Assembly (NCBI GenBank): GCA_002269645.1
Contig: NIVC01000697.1
Coordinates: 210,196-274,195, forward strand
Source of the DNA: Macrostomum lignano
Lineage: Eukaryota
Reading direction: 5' to 3'
DNA: 64,000 nt
Below, one piece after another: positions 23,035 to 36,425 of this stretch. The notes under the pieces were generated by a model. The model searched no databases and was not told the DNA's origin. It worked only from the letters and a program-made list of their open reading frames with translations. A program made the position numbers and the translations under genes. Positions within the stretch are counted from its first letter, which is position 1. Each line of letters starts with the position of its first letter.

Positions 23035-23180
23035 AGTAAGCACCCTGCCCATTCCTGAGCACATGCGAGCGCGCCAATACTGTACGCAGGCACGCACTCA
23101 TACACCAAGGACTACTAGACTATAAAGAAGTGTTCCTAGTGGTCCTTGTCAAACACACTCACGCTGAGTGTACAGCGGTC
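23035..23180 (-). mobile_element. Internal fragment of the tRNA-SINE family, carrying a 43-bp hairpin insertion
   Basis: ctgcccattcc..tacgcaggcacgcactca..gagtgtacagcgg matches 17145-17235. Confidence 0.65.
23106..23148. mobile_element. 43-bp hairpin mini-element
   Basis: caaggactactag...ctagtggtccttg inverted arms; flanks tcatacac / tcaaacac. Confidence 0.6.
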
Positions 23181-23464
23181 CTGACTTTCTAATAGTCAAG
23201 CAAACGCAGTCTCTGTGACTTGGGGGCTTAGCCCTCATGTGAGTGTGAATCGCACGACAACCACCCGTCAATTTTCAAGCTCAAAAAGCCGCGAATCGAT
23301 GCGAGTAGTATCGGTTCGCAGAACCTACCGAACGCTATGGAGATTGGAGGCAGAAATTGGCGATGGGCAGGTGGAGGTGACGCGGTGCATGGAGTTGGGG
23401 TGGGTCGGCGGGAAGGTTAGCAGAACAGTTGCCCAACAATGCGGCGATAGGAGAGCGAGCGTAA

Positions 23465-24300
23465 AAGGTGAGGGGGTATGGGTGCAAGGCAGAGCGTGGG
23501 GTTGGTTGGCCCAGCGCACAATGAACAGGGTGAGGGGTAGGGGTGCAAAGCAGAGCGTGGGGTTGGTTGGCCCAGCGCACAATGAACAGGGTGAGGTGGT
23601 AGGGGTGCTAGTCAAAGCGTGGGGTTGGTTGGCCCAGCGCACAATGAACAGGGTGAGGGGTAAGGGTGCAAGGCAAAGCGTGGGGTTGGTTGGCCCAGCG
23701 CACAATGAACAGGGTGAGGGGTAGGGGTGCAAGGCAAAGCGTGGGGTTGGTTGGCCCAGCGCACAATGAACAGGGTGAGGGGTAGGGGTGCAAGGCAAAG
23801 CGTGGGGTTGGTTGGCCCAGCGCACAATGAACAGGGTGAGGGGGTAGGGGTGCAAGGCAAAGCGTGGAGTTGGTTGGTCCAGCGCACAATGAACAGGGTG
23901 AGGGGGTAGGGGTGCAAGGCAGAGCGTGGGGTTGGTTGGCCCAGCGCACAATGAACAGGGTGAGGGGTAGGGGTGCAAAGCAGAGCGTGGGGTTGGTTGG
24001 CCCAGCGCACAATGAACAGGGTGAGGTGGTAGGGGTGCTAGTCAAAGCGTGGGGTTGGTTGGCCCAGCGCACAATGAACAGGGTGAGGGGTAAGGGTGCA
24101 AGGCAAAGCGTGGGGTTGGTTGGCCCAGCGCACAATGAACAGGGTGAGGGGTAGGGGTGCAAGGCAAAGCGTGGGGTTGGTTGGCCCAGCGCACAATGAA
24201 CAGGGTGAGGGGTAGGGGTGCAAGGCAAAGCGTGGGGTTGGTTGGCCCAGCGCACAATGAACAGGGTGAGGGGGTAGGGGTGGAAGGCAGAGTGTGGGGT
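23465..24300. repeat. ~61-bp G-rich minisatellite
   Basis: Unit ggggttggttggcccagcgcacaatgaacagggtgaggggtaggggtgcaaggcaaagcgt. Confidence 0.95.
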
Positions 24301-27300
24301 TGGTCAGGTGGTAGGTAAGCAGCACCCTGCGGAATATTATTGATACAAGATGTTTGAGAAAGTTTGGGGGATTTTAGGGGCTGTACAAGGGCACTGGGCA
24401 CGTATATGTATATCATTCCTGGATCGTCGGCTCTTTTTAAGCACAACAATCAAACGCTCTTAGAAAATGGAAAAATCAATTGTTTTTAAATTAATAAGCC
24501 AAGTTGCGGCGCGAGAGTCAGACGCAGCCGCTCTTACCCCCTGGCAGCTTGCATTGGAATTGGAACCCAGACCAATCTGAACTGATGGATAGCTAGGCGT
24601 GAGGCAGACCAATTTGATTCGGAGATACGAGAGAGTAGAAAATATTCAAAATTTTAAGAGCGCATTGTCTGCTGCCTCTCTCCCTTTACAGCCCTCGCTT
24701 TCCCCAGCAACATGGATCCCATTTGGCCCATCGCATTCCGCTGTTATCCAGATGCAGTCTCCCCTCCTTCATCGTGGTCAGGAATTCTACCTATTGTGCT
24801 AGGATTGCCGCCTACACCCCTTTAGAACTAGGAGCTGGCAAAGCTGCAATAGAAAGCCGCATATCTTTCATCGGATCGGAGCGAATCGTTCGATTATAAA
24901 AGTACATGTTTGTGGACTCTTTAGTGCGCAGCCCGCCTCTGGGCTAGGTACGGTAGATAGGGATTATTAGAGAGAACGAGTACAGGTGAGAGAGAAGAAG
25001 GGCTCCCGGCTAGTGTTGCTGATGGAGCTAACATGAATATATCAGTTTGGCAGCGGCAGCAGCCCTGTTTAGCGCTGCAATCTTCATAATCTGTCTACCA
25101 CCCGCTGTGTGCGATCTATCTGCTGACGCTGACACCTCCTGGGCAGCATAGCCCGAATAGAATGCGGCTGGTTTTAACTCGTAATTAGCTAAATTTGTCG
25201 GGCATTGGCCTGCGTGCCGCGAACCCAACAAACATCAACACGGAGTGATCGTATAGGGCTGCAGGCCTGTCATGGATGTTTTTAGAGTTTCGCGAATCCA
25301 CAGAACTGCTCTCGGCCATAGACAATAAAGCCGATCAAGCGGACAGCTCCCAGTTCCAACAATCAAGCAGGAAATTTCAAAACAAGTATTCCTGATTGAT
25401 TTTTCGGGCAAGACTGCTTAAGAAACGGCCAATTCTCTGCCCGATATCGGGCTGGGCCATAGACGAACCCGAAACGATTGTATTTAAAACATTAAAAGTG
25501 CAACATTACAAAGAGGACAACAGTAACGATTTAATATAGTCTTGCGGTGCAACCCACGCCGTCTTTACAGTACAGGGTAGTTCAATGCCCAAGTGGCGTT
25601 CAGAGGTACTCACTTACAGGAAAAATAGAACACGGAATCCATTTTTCTCTAGCACTGCAGTCGGCAGAACTCCATTAAAGTCCATTTGTTCGCAGTTAAC
25701 AGCAGATACTTTCACCCTGCATATATTGCGAGCATGTGATTGGACATAAAATAGAATACTTATAAATAAAGGTTTGCAGCTTCTGCAGCGGCTATTTGTC
25801 TATGTGTGAAAGTACGGCATTCTGAGCTTCTTGTGATGCTGGTGCTTGTCTATGGCTAGGACCAAAAAATCGAGCTTCTGGCGATCCATTTATATTATTC
25901 ATCCATGCCATAGACTCGCTTTCAGATGAGCGATCTTTTCTATTCCTTCAGCCATGATCGCGTCCCCCACACCCCACTTTCCCCCTGGCTCTTTCATTGT
26001 CGGCTGATTTTCCATGCAAGAATGGCATTCTTGCACTCTTTTGCGTGCAGGAATGAATGTCTATGGTAAAATCTCAATGAAAAAGCATTAGGCGCAGAAA
26101 TGCATTCCTGCACGATAAATCATCCGACAATGGAATTCCTTCACGTTCACTCGTGCGTGAAGGACATCGTGCACTCGTGCGCTAGCACGCACTCGTGCAG
26201 ATGTCATTCCCGCACTCGTGACCGTGCAGGAATATATCATTCTTATTTGATCCAGCGTGCAAGAATGCTTTGGAAGTCGCCATATGCGTGCAGAAATGCA
26301 AGTGTCTACGAGTATGGTAAAAGCATCTTGAATTTACGTGTGCACTCCGTTCAGGAATGTCAATCGTGCAAGAATGTAATGCGCAATGTTTCTATATTTA
26401 GCATAACAGCCATAGACTACAAGCATAATCTTCTTTCCATCGTGCAAGAATGTTCAGACTAGCTCGCGCATATTTTGTCTATGGTTCAAGTCTAACTCCA
26501 CACCCCCAGCTGCACCCTTGTCTACTTTAGGCACACATGTTGGATCAAATAAGAATGGGAATCAAGCACTTTAACTTGCAAAGAAAACTTTGCAAAACCG
26601 TACTCTGGAATTTAATTATCCCCTGTCGAACTTGGTGACTGGTATCTCTAAGTAAACATCTAGCATTGTGATGCAGGTTAGCAAGGCGACTTTAATCTTC
26701 TGTTGCGTGTTGCAGCCCGTCCCACTGTCCGATTAGCAATTACTATTTTATTGAATTTCCCTCTCCGCCGGCCTGTCTGAGCACTGCTCGCCCGCGGCCA
26801 GCTCGGGCTAAACTCTTTCATCCGATGGAAGCACTCCAATCGGAAATTAGCTATATATATATACATGCAGCTATAGTAACTAAGCGCATTTCGCCGCCAG
26901 TTACGGGAATCGAGTTGAAAGAATGGCTGCTGGTCTTACTTGGTCCCGGATCTGCGAAATTTGCTTTGCAACCAGTCTAGCCCGAGGCAAGACAAGTGGG
27001 CTATAATTTAAAATAAAGACAGAAATGTAGATATATATATAAGTATAGCGAAGCTTATTTGAATTTGCACTTATACTATTTGAATTTATTTGACGCCCAT
27101 GGCACGTTGTCTCCGTCTACTACAGCTCACGTTTGAGTCTATGATGGATTCTCTCTCTCTCTCTCTAGCATGTGGATAATTGGCTTCTGAATTGTGGAAT
27201 TCCGGCTCAATCCGCGATGGATACCTTCTACACAGTTTAAAATGAATATTGCATTAGAAATTGAGGGTTGAATTCAACCAGAGACAAGTAGGTCTTTCGT

Positions 27301-27850
27301 TCCAGGTGCCTCCACAAGTTTTTGGCAAACATCCTGTTCCTGTATTAGCTTAGAATTATATGAACAAGTTTTTTCCCATCTCGAATCTACTGTTCTATTG
27401 CGGCACTAAATTTACTAAGCTTATACCTTCTTTAATCAGATCGAAGTGGAAGTTTGCCTGCCCCAATTTTCTCTCTTAATGCTACTTTCAATGAGATGAT
27501 GACACACTCATTGCGTCAGTTCCAAACATGCTGTATTCTCTATTCTCAAGTTGGGCCAAGTGTCAGTTTTTTGGCCAAATGTTTTGTTTCAGGGACTCCT
27601 GCCGGCACTTTGTATTGCAAGGAATATTGTTAGCGAGCTCAGGAGCTATTAAATACAGAATAGTCAGCTCCCTACTGAACTTTCTGTGGGTTGAATTCGA
27701 ATTTCTAGCCAACTTATGATGCATACTACTCTTGGTACTATACCAGACTAACACACGATCAATGTGTGACATGATTTATTGATCAAAACACGCTGAGTTG
27801 AAGTGAATGAGCAGTAATACGTGAACCACTGTGATCTGTGATAGAAGGTT

Positions 27851-27985
27851 GCTTTCACAAACGCGAAACTTTATAACCTCTACAAAGACTGACTTTTTTG
27901 CGGTCGTGAAGTTTCGCGTCCATGAAATTTAGCGCTTATGAAATTGGGTGATTTAGCGGTTGTGAAGTTTTGCGTTTGTGAAAGC
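27851..27985. mobile_element. 135-bp inverted-repeat element related to the 36.6-37.3-kb foldback
   Basis: gctttcacaaacgcgaaactt...aagttttgcgtttgtgaaagc (21-bp arms, 1 mismatch). Confidence 0.7.
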
Positions 27986-28597
27986 CAAACCCACCAGTGA
28001 TTGGAATACTTGTACATCTACTGTAGCCTCAATGTGATGCTTACGCTCTAAATTTAGAATACCTTTGTCTAGTATCGAATCCTAAGCTCCTTTCGCCTTT
28101 TATTGATAGGAGCTTAGGACAGAGGATTTAACTAATCTACTCTCATTCACTCGGGGTGTCACTTTACAAGACCTTTGCCAAAGCAGCCACGCCCAACAAT
28201 GGGAAGATGTATAGCAAAGTAAGGCTACTGATGTTTTTTCTCTCCTGTTTACGAGTATTCAATCTGGACACAACCTACAAACTGAAAAACTCCTCATTGG
28301 CCTATGGACTGCTAGCATTGTGCAAGTTATATATGTGTAAGCTGCAGAGGAGCAGGCAACCATAGTGCGAGCCCACAGAGTACGATTTCGTCGAAATTCC
28401 CATAGAATGATCAAATCAAACTGTGGCTACGATCATGAAGACCCCGACAGTCTGGAGTCTGTCATGTCCACGTACGTGCTTTTTTATCTGATTAATTATT
28501 GCCTTGGGCTCAGGTTCTTGTCGGGCTAAGAAAGATAGATAGATTTATATCAGGGGTCGACAGTATCTGGCTTCGACAATATCTTTCTTCTCTCTTC

Positions 28598-29660
28598 TTA
28601 CCTCTCTCCTCTCCTCTCCTCTCCTCTCCTCTCCTCTCCTCTCCTCTCCTCTCCTCTCCTCTCCTCTCCTCTCCTCTCCTATCCTCTCCTCTCCTCTCCT
28701 CTCCTCTCCTATCCTCTCCTATCCTATCCTATCCTATCCTATCCTCTCCTCTCCTCTCCTCTCCTATCCTCTCCTATCCTCTCCTCTCCTCTCCTCTCCT
28801 CTCCTCTCCTCTCCTCTCCTCTCCTATCCTCTCCTATCCTATCCTATCCTATCCTATCCTCTCCTCTCCTCTCCTCTCCTCTCCTCTCCTCTCCTCTCCT
28901 ATCCTCTCCTCTCGTATCCTATCCTATCCTATCCTATCCTCTCCTCTCCTCTCCTCTCCTCTCCTATCATCTTCTCTCCTCTCCTCTCCTCTCCTCTCCT
29001 CTCCTCTCCTATCCTCTCCTCTCCTCTCCTCTCCTATCCTCTCCTCTCCTCTCCTCTCCTATCCTCTCCTCTCCTATCCTCTCCTCTCCTCTCCTCTCCT
29101 ATCCTCTCCTCTCCTCTCCTCTCCTATCCTCTCCTCTCCTCTCCTCTCCTCTCCTCTCCTCTCCTATCCTCTCCTCTCCTATCCTCTCCTCTCCTCTCCT
29201 CTCCTATCCTATCCTATCCTATCCTCTCCTCTCCTATCCTCTCCTCTCCTCTCCTCTCCTCTCCTCTCCTCTCCTATCCTCTCCTCTCCTCTCCTCTCCT
29301 ATCCTCTCCTCTCCTATCCTCTCCTCTCCTCTCCTCTCCTATCCTCTCCTCTCCTCTCCTCTCCTATCCTCTCCTCTCCTATCCTCTCCTCTCCTATCCT
29401 CTCCTCTCCTCTCCTCTCCTATCCTATCCTATCCTATCCTCTCCTCTCCTCTCCTCTCCTCTCCTCCCCTATCCTCTCCTCTCCTCTCCTCTCCTATCCT
29501 CTCCTCTCCTATCCTCTCCTCTCCTCTCCTCTCCTATCCTCTCCTCTCCTCTCCTATCCTCTCCTCTCCTATCCTCTCCTATCCTCTCCTCTCCTATCCT
29601 CTCCTCGCCTCTCCTCTCCTCTCCTATCCTATCCTATCCTCTCCTCTCCTCTCCTCCCCT
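28598..29660. repeat. (CTCCT/ATCCT)n pentanucleotide microsatellite, ~1.06 kb
   Basis: Direct inspection. Confidence 0.98.
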
Positions 29661-29924
29661 CTCTTCTCCTTTTTTCCCACGTCTCTCTTTTATTCTATCT
29701 TTCCTCCCTCTTCTCTATTCTCCTCTCTCGCCACCTCTGTCCCGCAGTCATGCGCTACGTTTTCTATCTGGCCCTTGAAGTAAGGGCCTCAAGTAAGGAT
29801 TGCCGACCCCTGATCTATATATCACCAATAGGTAGAAGCATGTTAATTTTGTTTTTTTACTCGTAAATTGATGCCAAAGATACACTACCAGTGCAACATT
29901 TGGTCTGGGGCTTCAGTGCGCGAC

Positions 29925-29974
29925 CATAGACTATAAAATTTCATTAAGTTACCCCGAAAAATATTTTGTCTATG
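29925..29974. mobile_element. 50-bp CATAGAC...GTCTATG mini inverted-repeat element
   Basis: accatagactataaaat...attttgtctatggt; no TSD seen. Confidence 0.5.
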
Positions 29975-30869
29975 GTAACTGACGGAGTTTTTGCTACTTG
30001 CTACTGGCTTATGCAGGTCTTAAAATGTGTCTGTGACCATCAACGGCCAGACTCCTAGTGTTTGTGCTCTCAGACATGATTATCCAGTGTCTGGAGCAGA
30101 GCCAGGAGAACTCTGTGCCGTGGGTGCATTTCACTCAGAGAAATTTTCAGAGAACTAATTGTAGCCTGAGGAAACGCTGGTGCGTCATTTCATTCTGACC
30201 ACACAGCCGCAAAAGTTGTTTTTTTCCTCCAGTCATGCAGAAAGCTGCTCACTCGCTGCTCCGTTTAGGTGCAGTTGGATGGCGGTAAACAACTATAATT
30301 AATTCCTGGTACTTTTATTAGCCCCAAAGACCACGAGAAGCACGGGAAGGAACAAACAAAGTGCAGAATAAGCGCCCCACGCACTCTTACACGCCAGTCC
30401 GGGATTTTGGCGCACTTTTCTACTGAGTTTCCTTGTCTCGGGAGTCCTGATTTCTTTGAACTTGGCTCCGACTTGGAACTGGAGAGAGACTTGCCACTTG
30501 AATGATGCATAGAAGTCAAGCCGAGAAAACTTCACAGGGGGCCAACGCTAAATGCTTCTTTCACTCACTCACTCACTCGCTTTCTCTAGCGCGCATAATT
30601 GCATCAGGCTCTGGTTGGGCCGCACTGCCATGCGTCATAATCGGATTAAGCAATGAGGCAATCCATTTCCCCTAGATGCGCAATCGTCCCCTTTTTGGTG
30701 GATGCGCGCGAGCCCGGCGCATTCTTGAACGAGTTTTGTTGGAGCTCTCAGTTGAAGCATCCCCCCCCCCGGAGCTGGCCGGATAAGTTCGGTCGGTTAG
30801 GAATCTCACGGGGGAACAGTGATGAAGGAAGGAGATTGAAGGTTAAAGAATCAGGGGAAAGGTAGACTA

Positions 30870-31205
30870 GGTAAAGAGAGAGGGATGGACAGAGACACAG
30901 AGAGGGAAAGACACAGTGAGTAGGGCACGGTGAGAAGGGGAGAGGAGAGAGAGAGGGAAAGACAGAAAGGGGGAGAGGAGAGGGAGAGACAAAGAGGGGG
31001 AGAGGAAAGGGAGAGTGAGAGAGGGAGAGGAGACAGAGAGGGGGAGAGAGGGAGAGGGAGAGACTGAGAGGGGGAGAGAAGGAGAGGGAGAGACTGAGAG
31101 GGGGGGAGAGGGAGAGGGAGTGGAGGGAAAAAAGGTGAGAGGAGAGGGAGAGACAGAGAGGGTGAGAGGAGAGGGAGAAGGAGAGACAGAGAGGGGAGAC
31201 ACAGA
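30870..31205. repeat. GA-rich low-complexity tract
   Basis: Purine-dominated GAGAG/GGGA repeats. Confidence 0.9.
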
Positions 31206-32049
31206 CAGTAAGAAACTAAACCAATTATTTAAATTAACATCTTTTAGTTGTTACTTGTTTTTTTCCAGCCAATGAGTAGTATGCTTCGAATCTTTGCAAC
31301 TGATTCTTTAAAAAATCCGGTTCTTTCTCGAACAAATCACAGTCCAGCAGCATCCCATACATGGTGGGTGACGGGGGAGGCCTCGGTTGCCTGCACGCAA
31401 AAAATTAGCCGCACTAAATACTCGTAATGCAAGCACACTCGTACGTTACGATTTTGTTGATTGGCTTTTTACTTTTAGATTAAAAGCCAAAGCTGCTGGA
31501 TAAGAACTGATGCGGCTCTCACAGTTGGCTAGATAAATAAAAGTTAAGGGATATATACGAGCGTAGATTGGGGGAAAAGTCCTATATAGTTCTGCTCCTC
31601 TCAGATTCAAAGGCCATAGCAACTCAGTAAAATGACATTGCGCGTTCGTTAGAGTGAAAGGCTGCCGGTGGGAGGCCCGGGTGAGGAGTGAGAATTATTC
31701 TAAGAAATCTGGAGCCCACTGTGGGAAAGAAATCCTCCGCATTGTCAAGGTGCTCTAAAATCGGCGTCTGGAGTAGCTAAAAAGAGAAACAAAACAAGGA
31801 ATTTAAAATAAAATAAAAAAAACATGAAAAACATGAAAACATGATTCTCTACAGCAACACTAGCTGAGGGGTCCGCAAGCTTCTTATTTACCTCAGGTAC
31901 CAGATGAGGAATCCAACTCACAGCTGCGGACCAAGATGAGAGAGCAAAGGATAGTGGATAGAAAAGAGAGAAGAGGAAAGAGATAGAGACAGAGACGAGA
32001 GAGAAGATGAGATGTACGAGAACGAGAACATGTGAGAAAGAAGTTAAGA

Positions 32050-32890
32050 GGAGAGAGGAGAGATGAGATGAGAGAAGGGATGAGAGAAGAGGTGACAGAG
32101 GAAATGAGAGCGGAGAGAAGAGAGAAGAGGTGACACAGGAAATGAGAGCGGAGAGAAGAGAGAAGAGGTGACACAGGAAATGAGAGCGGAGAGAAGAGAG
32201 AAGAGGTGACAGAGGAAATGAGAGCGGAGAGAAAATAGAAGAGAGAACAGAGGAAATGAGAGCGGAGAGAACAGAGAAGAGGTGACAGAGGAAATGAGAG
32301 CGGAGAGAAGAGAGAAGAGGTGACAGAGGAAATGAGAGCGGAGAGAAGAGAGAAGAGGTGACACAGGAAATGAGAGCGGAGAGAAGAGAGAAGAGGTGAC
32401 ACAGGAAATGAGAGCGGAGAGAAGAGAGAAGAGGTGACACAGGAAATGAGAGCGGAGAGAAGAGAGAAGAGGTGACACAGGAAATGAGAGCGGAGAGAAG
32501 AGAGAAGAGGTGACACAGGAAATGAGAGCGGAGAGAAGAGAGAAGAGGTGACACAGGAAATGAGAGCGGAGAGAAGAGAGAAGAGGTGACAGAGGAAATG
32601 AGAGCGGAGAGAAGAGAGAAGAGGTGACACAGGAAATGAGAGCGGAGAGAAGAGAGAAGAGGTGACACAGGAAATGAGAGCGGAGAGAAGAGAGAAGAGG
32701 TGACAGAGGAAATGAGAGCGGAGAGAAGAGAGAAGAGGTGACAGAGGAAATGAGAGCGGAGAGAAGAGAGAAGAGGTGACAGAGGAAATGAGAGCGGAGA
32801 GAAAAGAGAAGAGGTGACAGAGGAAATGAGAGCGGAGAGAAGAGAGAAGAGGTGACAGAGGAAATGAGAACGGAGAGAACAGAAAAGAGA
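32050..32890. repeat. 38-bp purine-rich minisatellite
   Basis: Unit gagaagaggtgacacaggaaatgagagcggagagaaga. Confidence 0.95.
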
Positions 32891-33825
32891 GAACAGATGA
32901 GGGCTGAAAAGAGACATATGCCGGGGCGGATTGCAATTGTGAAGTTTCAAAGGACCCGAGGGCTGGATAGAAAGGTTTCGCGGGCCGAAGTTTGCCGACC
33001 CCAGGTCTAGAGCACAAAACCTTCCACAGAACTGCATGCAGAAACTGCAGTCAGCGGATGAAAAGAGTCCATTTCCAATCCAGATTTTGGTTCTGGGAAC
33101 TGCTTGTGACCAGCGTAGCTAGCTGCAGGCGCAGAAAAGAGCGATGGGTTGCTGGGAGAAGTCTCAAAGCAAAGAGTATGCGTCGGAAGAGCTGCAGACG
33201 GTGTCCTCTCCGCCTTCCCCCAAGCTAACCAGAGCATTTGCTGTCCCACAGGCTGTGTGGTCTTTCCCCTCGAGTGGCCAGTATAGCAGCTCACAGAGAT
33301 CTGTGATCCCGCCCACACGATCACTGTCCGCGCGAGATCCCCGCCAGGAAGGGGGATGAAAGCAAGCAGACGGCCAACCAGATTTTGCCCAGTCTCCGGA
33401 GTCGGCGGGAGATGCGGCCGCTCTGCACTCGCGTATCAGCCGCCAACTTTTCTATTACTAGTTTTTGCTTGCCTCGAATTCTTCCTCCCCTCGAGCCCGG
33501 CTCCGGGAAGATTCGCTTTCTTGGGCAATTTTTTTGCTATCCGCTTCATCTGTTGTAGCCGACTTTTACTTTTTCTCTCTTTCTCCTGCCGCGCAACGCG
33601 CCTGGGGCGATAAGTTAATCCCCACCCTTCCCCCCGCACCCCGGCTCGCTTCCTCTTAAGTCGGTTTCTCACGCTCGCCTCTCGGCGCAGATAAGCGTCC
33701 CCATTCCCCCCCCCCCGCCGGGCCAAACTTGTCAATCAGTTTATCTCACCGAAGAAGCCGCGAAAAGGGAGACAGGACGAGGAAACTGGGAGGTCTGGCT
33801 TGGAGTAGCCAAGGTGCGGTTGCCA

Positions 33826-34049
33826 TGCCCACCTGCAAGCGGCTGGTTGCTCAGTCCAGCTCTGAGCACAGCCTGTCGGCATGCAGCGGCGGCGGCGCTG
33901 GCGGCGGCGGCGGGAGTCAAACAACGCTGGAGACGCCAACAACTCCGGCTGACTCGGTGGACGGGATGTCGCTGTCGCTGTGGAATCTGTACTTGGAGTA
34001 CGCGGCGGCTGGAGAGGCCCAGGATGGATCTGATCAAGCCGGGGCTCAG
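33826..34049 (+). CDS. Candidate coding exon, unidentified (MPTCKRLVAQSSSEHS...SLSLWNLYLEY...)
   Basis: GC-rich Gly/Ser-rich open frame ending at a GTAAGC donor (34050); no homology recognised. Confidence 0.35.
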
Positions 34050-34074
34050 TAAGCCGGCGTTGGTTGCTAAGTAG

Positions 34075-35120
34075 GGATTGTCGACTAGTGAGGATTATCG
34101 AGTAGTGAGGATTGTAGCGTAGTGAGGACTATCGAGTAGTGAGGACTATCGAGTAGTGAGGACTATCGAGTAGTGAGGACTATCGAGTAGTGAGGACTAT
34201 CGAGTAGTGAGGATTATCGAGTAGTGAGGATTATCGAGTAGTGAGGATTATCGAGTAGTGAGGATTGTAGCGTAGTGAGGACTATCGAGTAGTGAGGACT
34301 ATCGAGTAGTGAGGACTATCGAGTAGTGAGGATTATCGAGTAGTGAGGATTATCGAGTAGTGAGGACTATCGAGTAGTGAGGACTATCGAGTAGTGAGGA
34401 CTATCGAGTAGTTAGGATTATCGAGTAGTGAGGATTGTCGCGTAGTGAGGATTATCGATTAGTGAGGATTATCGAGTAGTGAGGATTGTTGACTAGTGAG
34501 GATTATCGAGTAGTGAGGATTATCGAGTAGTGAGGATTATCGAGTAGTGAGGACTATCGAGTAGTGAGGACTATCGAGTAGTGAGGACTATCGAGTAGTG
34601 AGGATTGTCGAGTAGTGAGGATTATCGAGTAGTGAGGACTATCGAGTAGTGAGGATTATCGAGTAGTTAGGATTATCGAGTAGTGAGGATTGTCGCGTAG
34701 TGAGGATTATCGATTAGTGAGGATTATCGAGTAGTGAGGATTATCGAGTAGTGAGGATTATCGAGTAGTGAGGATTATCGAGTAGTGAGGATTATCGAGT
34801 AGTGAGGATTGTAGCGTAGTGAGGACTATCGAGTAGTGAGGACTATCGAGTAGTGAGGACTATCGAGTAGTGAGGACTATCGAGTAGTGAGGATTATCGA
34901 GTAGTGAGGATTATCGAGTAGTGAGGACTATCGAGTAGTGAGGATTATCGAGTAGTGAGGATTATCGAGTAGTGAGGATTATCGAGTAGTGAGGATTATC
35001 GAGTAGTGAGGATTATCGCGTAGTGAGGATTATCGAGTAGTGAGGATTATCGAGTAGTGAGGACTATCGAGTAGTGAGGATTATCGAGTAGTGAGGATTA
35101 TCGAGTAGGGAGGATTATCG
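34075..35120. repeat. 17-bp minisatellite, ~60 copies
   Basis: Unit agtgaggattatcgagt. Confidence 0.97.
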
Positions 35121-35647
35121 CCTAAATAGTGATGATTATGTACCAGTGGTTTATCAATCAGTTATTACAGGAACAAACAATTTGTGCAGCTAATCTTAGT
35201 TTAGTCCGACACTGATAGACTTAAGAATATTTAACAATTTTCGGATGATTTTCTCTGCCTGGCTCCACGCACTGCAGGTCAGGAGATTTTCAATCCTACG
35301 TTTATAAATAAAAAGTTTCTTCAAAGCCTGAGTCTGCTGAGTACTATTAGAACTAATGCACTTTAGTGAGAGGCCAGTGACCGATACAGTCAATGGTTTC
35401 GCTTCAACTGCTAATTGTGGGAAAATTTCGATTAGCCTGAGCTAGATATTAGATTAGGAGCGGCGTGCGGGATTTCCACTCCCCATACAGTTGCGATATC
35501 TGGGATCAGATGAAACAGTTTCTCCCTTTTCGACTGACTTCATACAAAATATCTTAATGAGCTTTTGCATCTGAATAATATAGTGCTTACTGTCACAACT
35601 TTGCTGGAAACAAAGTACAAAGTACACACGATACACGATGGGGATAT

Positions 35648-36425
35648 CCAATGAGATCCCATCGGTTCCTCCCCCCCCCCCAATAAGATCCCATCGGTTC
35701 CGCCCACACAATGAGATCCCATCGGTTCCGCCCCCCCCCAATGAGATCCCATCGGTTTCGCCCCCACAATGAGATCCCATCGGTTCCGCCCCCCCCCCGA
35801 TGAGATCCCATCGGTTCCGCCCCCCCCCAACAATGAGATCCCATCGGTTCCGCCCCCCCCACAATGAGATCCATCGGTTCCGCCCCCAATACCAATGAGA
35901 TCCCATCGGTTCCGCGCCCCCCCCCCAATGAGATCCCATCGGTTCCGCCCCCCCCCCCCCAATGAGATCCCATCGGTTCCGCCCCCCACAATACCAATGA
36001 GATCCCATCGGTTCCGCCCCCCAATACCAATGAGATCCCATCGGTTCCGCCCCCCAATACCAATGAGATCCCATCGGTTCCGCCCCCAATACCAATGAGA
36101 TCCCATCGGTTCCGCCCCACCCCCCCCAATGAGATCCCATCGGTTCCGCCCCCCACAATACCAATGAGATCCCATCGGTTCCGCCCCCCAATACCAATGA
36201 GATCCCATCGGTTCCGCCCCCAATACCAATGAGATCCCATCGGTTCCGCCCCCAATACCAATGATAACCCATCGGTTCCGCCCCCCCCCCACAATACCAA
36301 TGAGATCCCATCGGTTCCGCCCCCCAATACCAATGAGAACCCATCGGTTCTGTCCCCCTCTCCCCAATACCGATGAGATCCCATCGGTTCCGCCCCCCCC
36401 AATACCGATGAGATCCCATCGGTTC
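35648..36425. repeat. ~30-36-bp minisatellite with variable poly-C
   Basis: Unit aatgagatcccatcggttccg(c)n(aatacc). Confidence 0.95.

Noticed and set aside
28499-29866. 455-aa Leu/Ser/Pro ORF
   Set aside because: Artefact of a (CTCCT)n microsatellite.
31745-33037. 430-aa and 374-aa hydrophobic ORFs
   Set aside because: Read from the pyrimidine strand of a 38-bp repeat that lacks stop codons.
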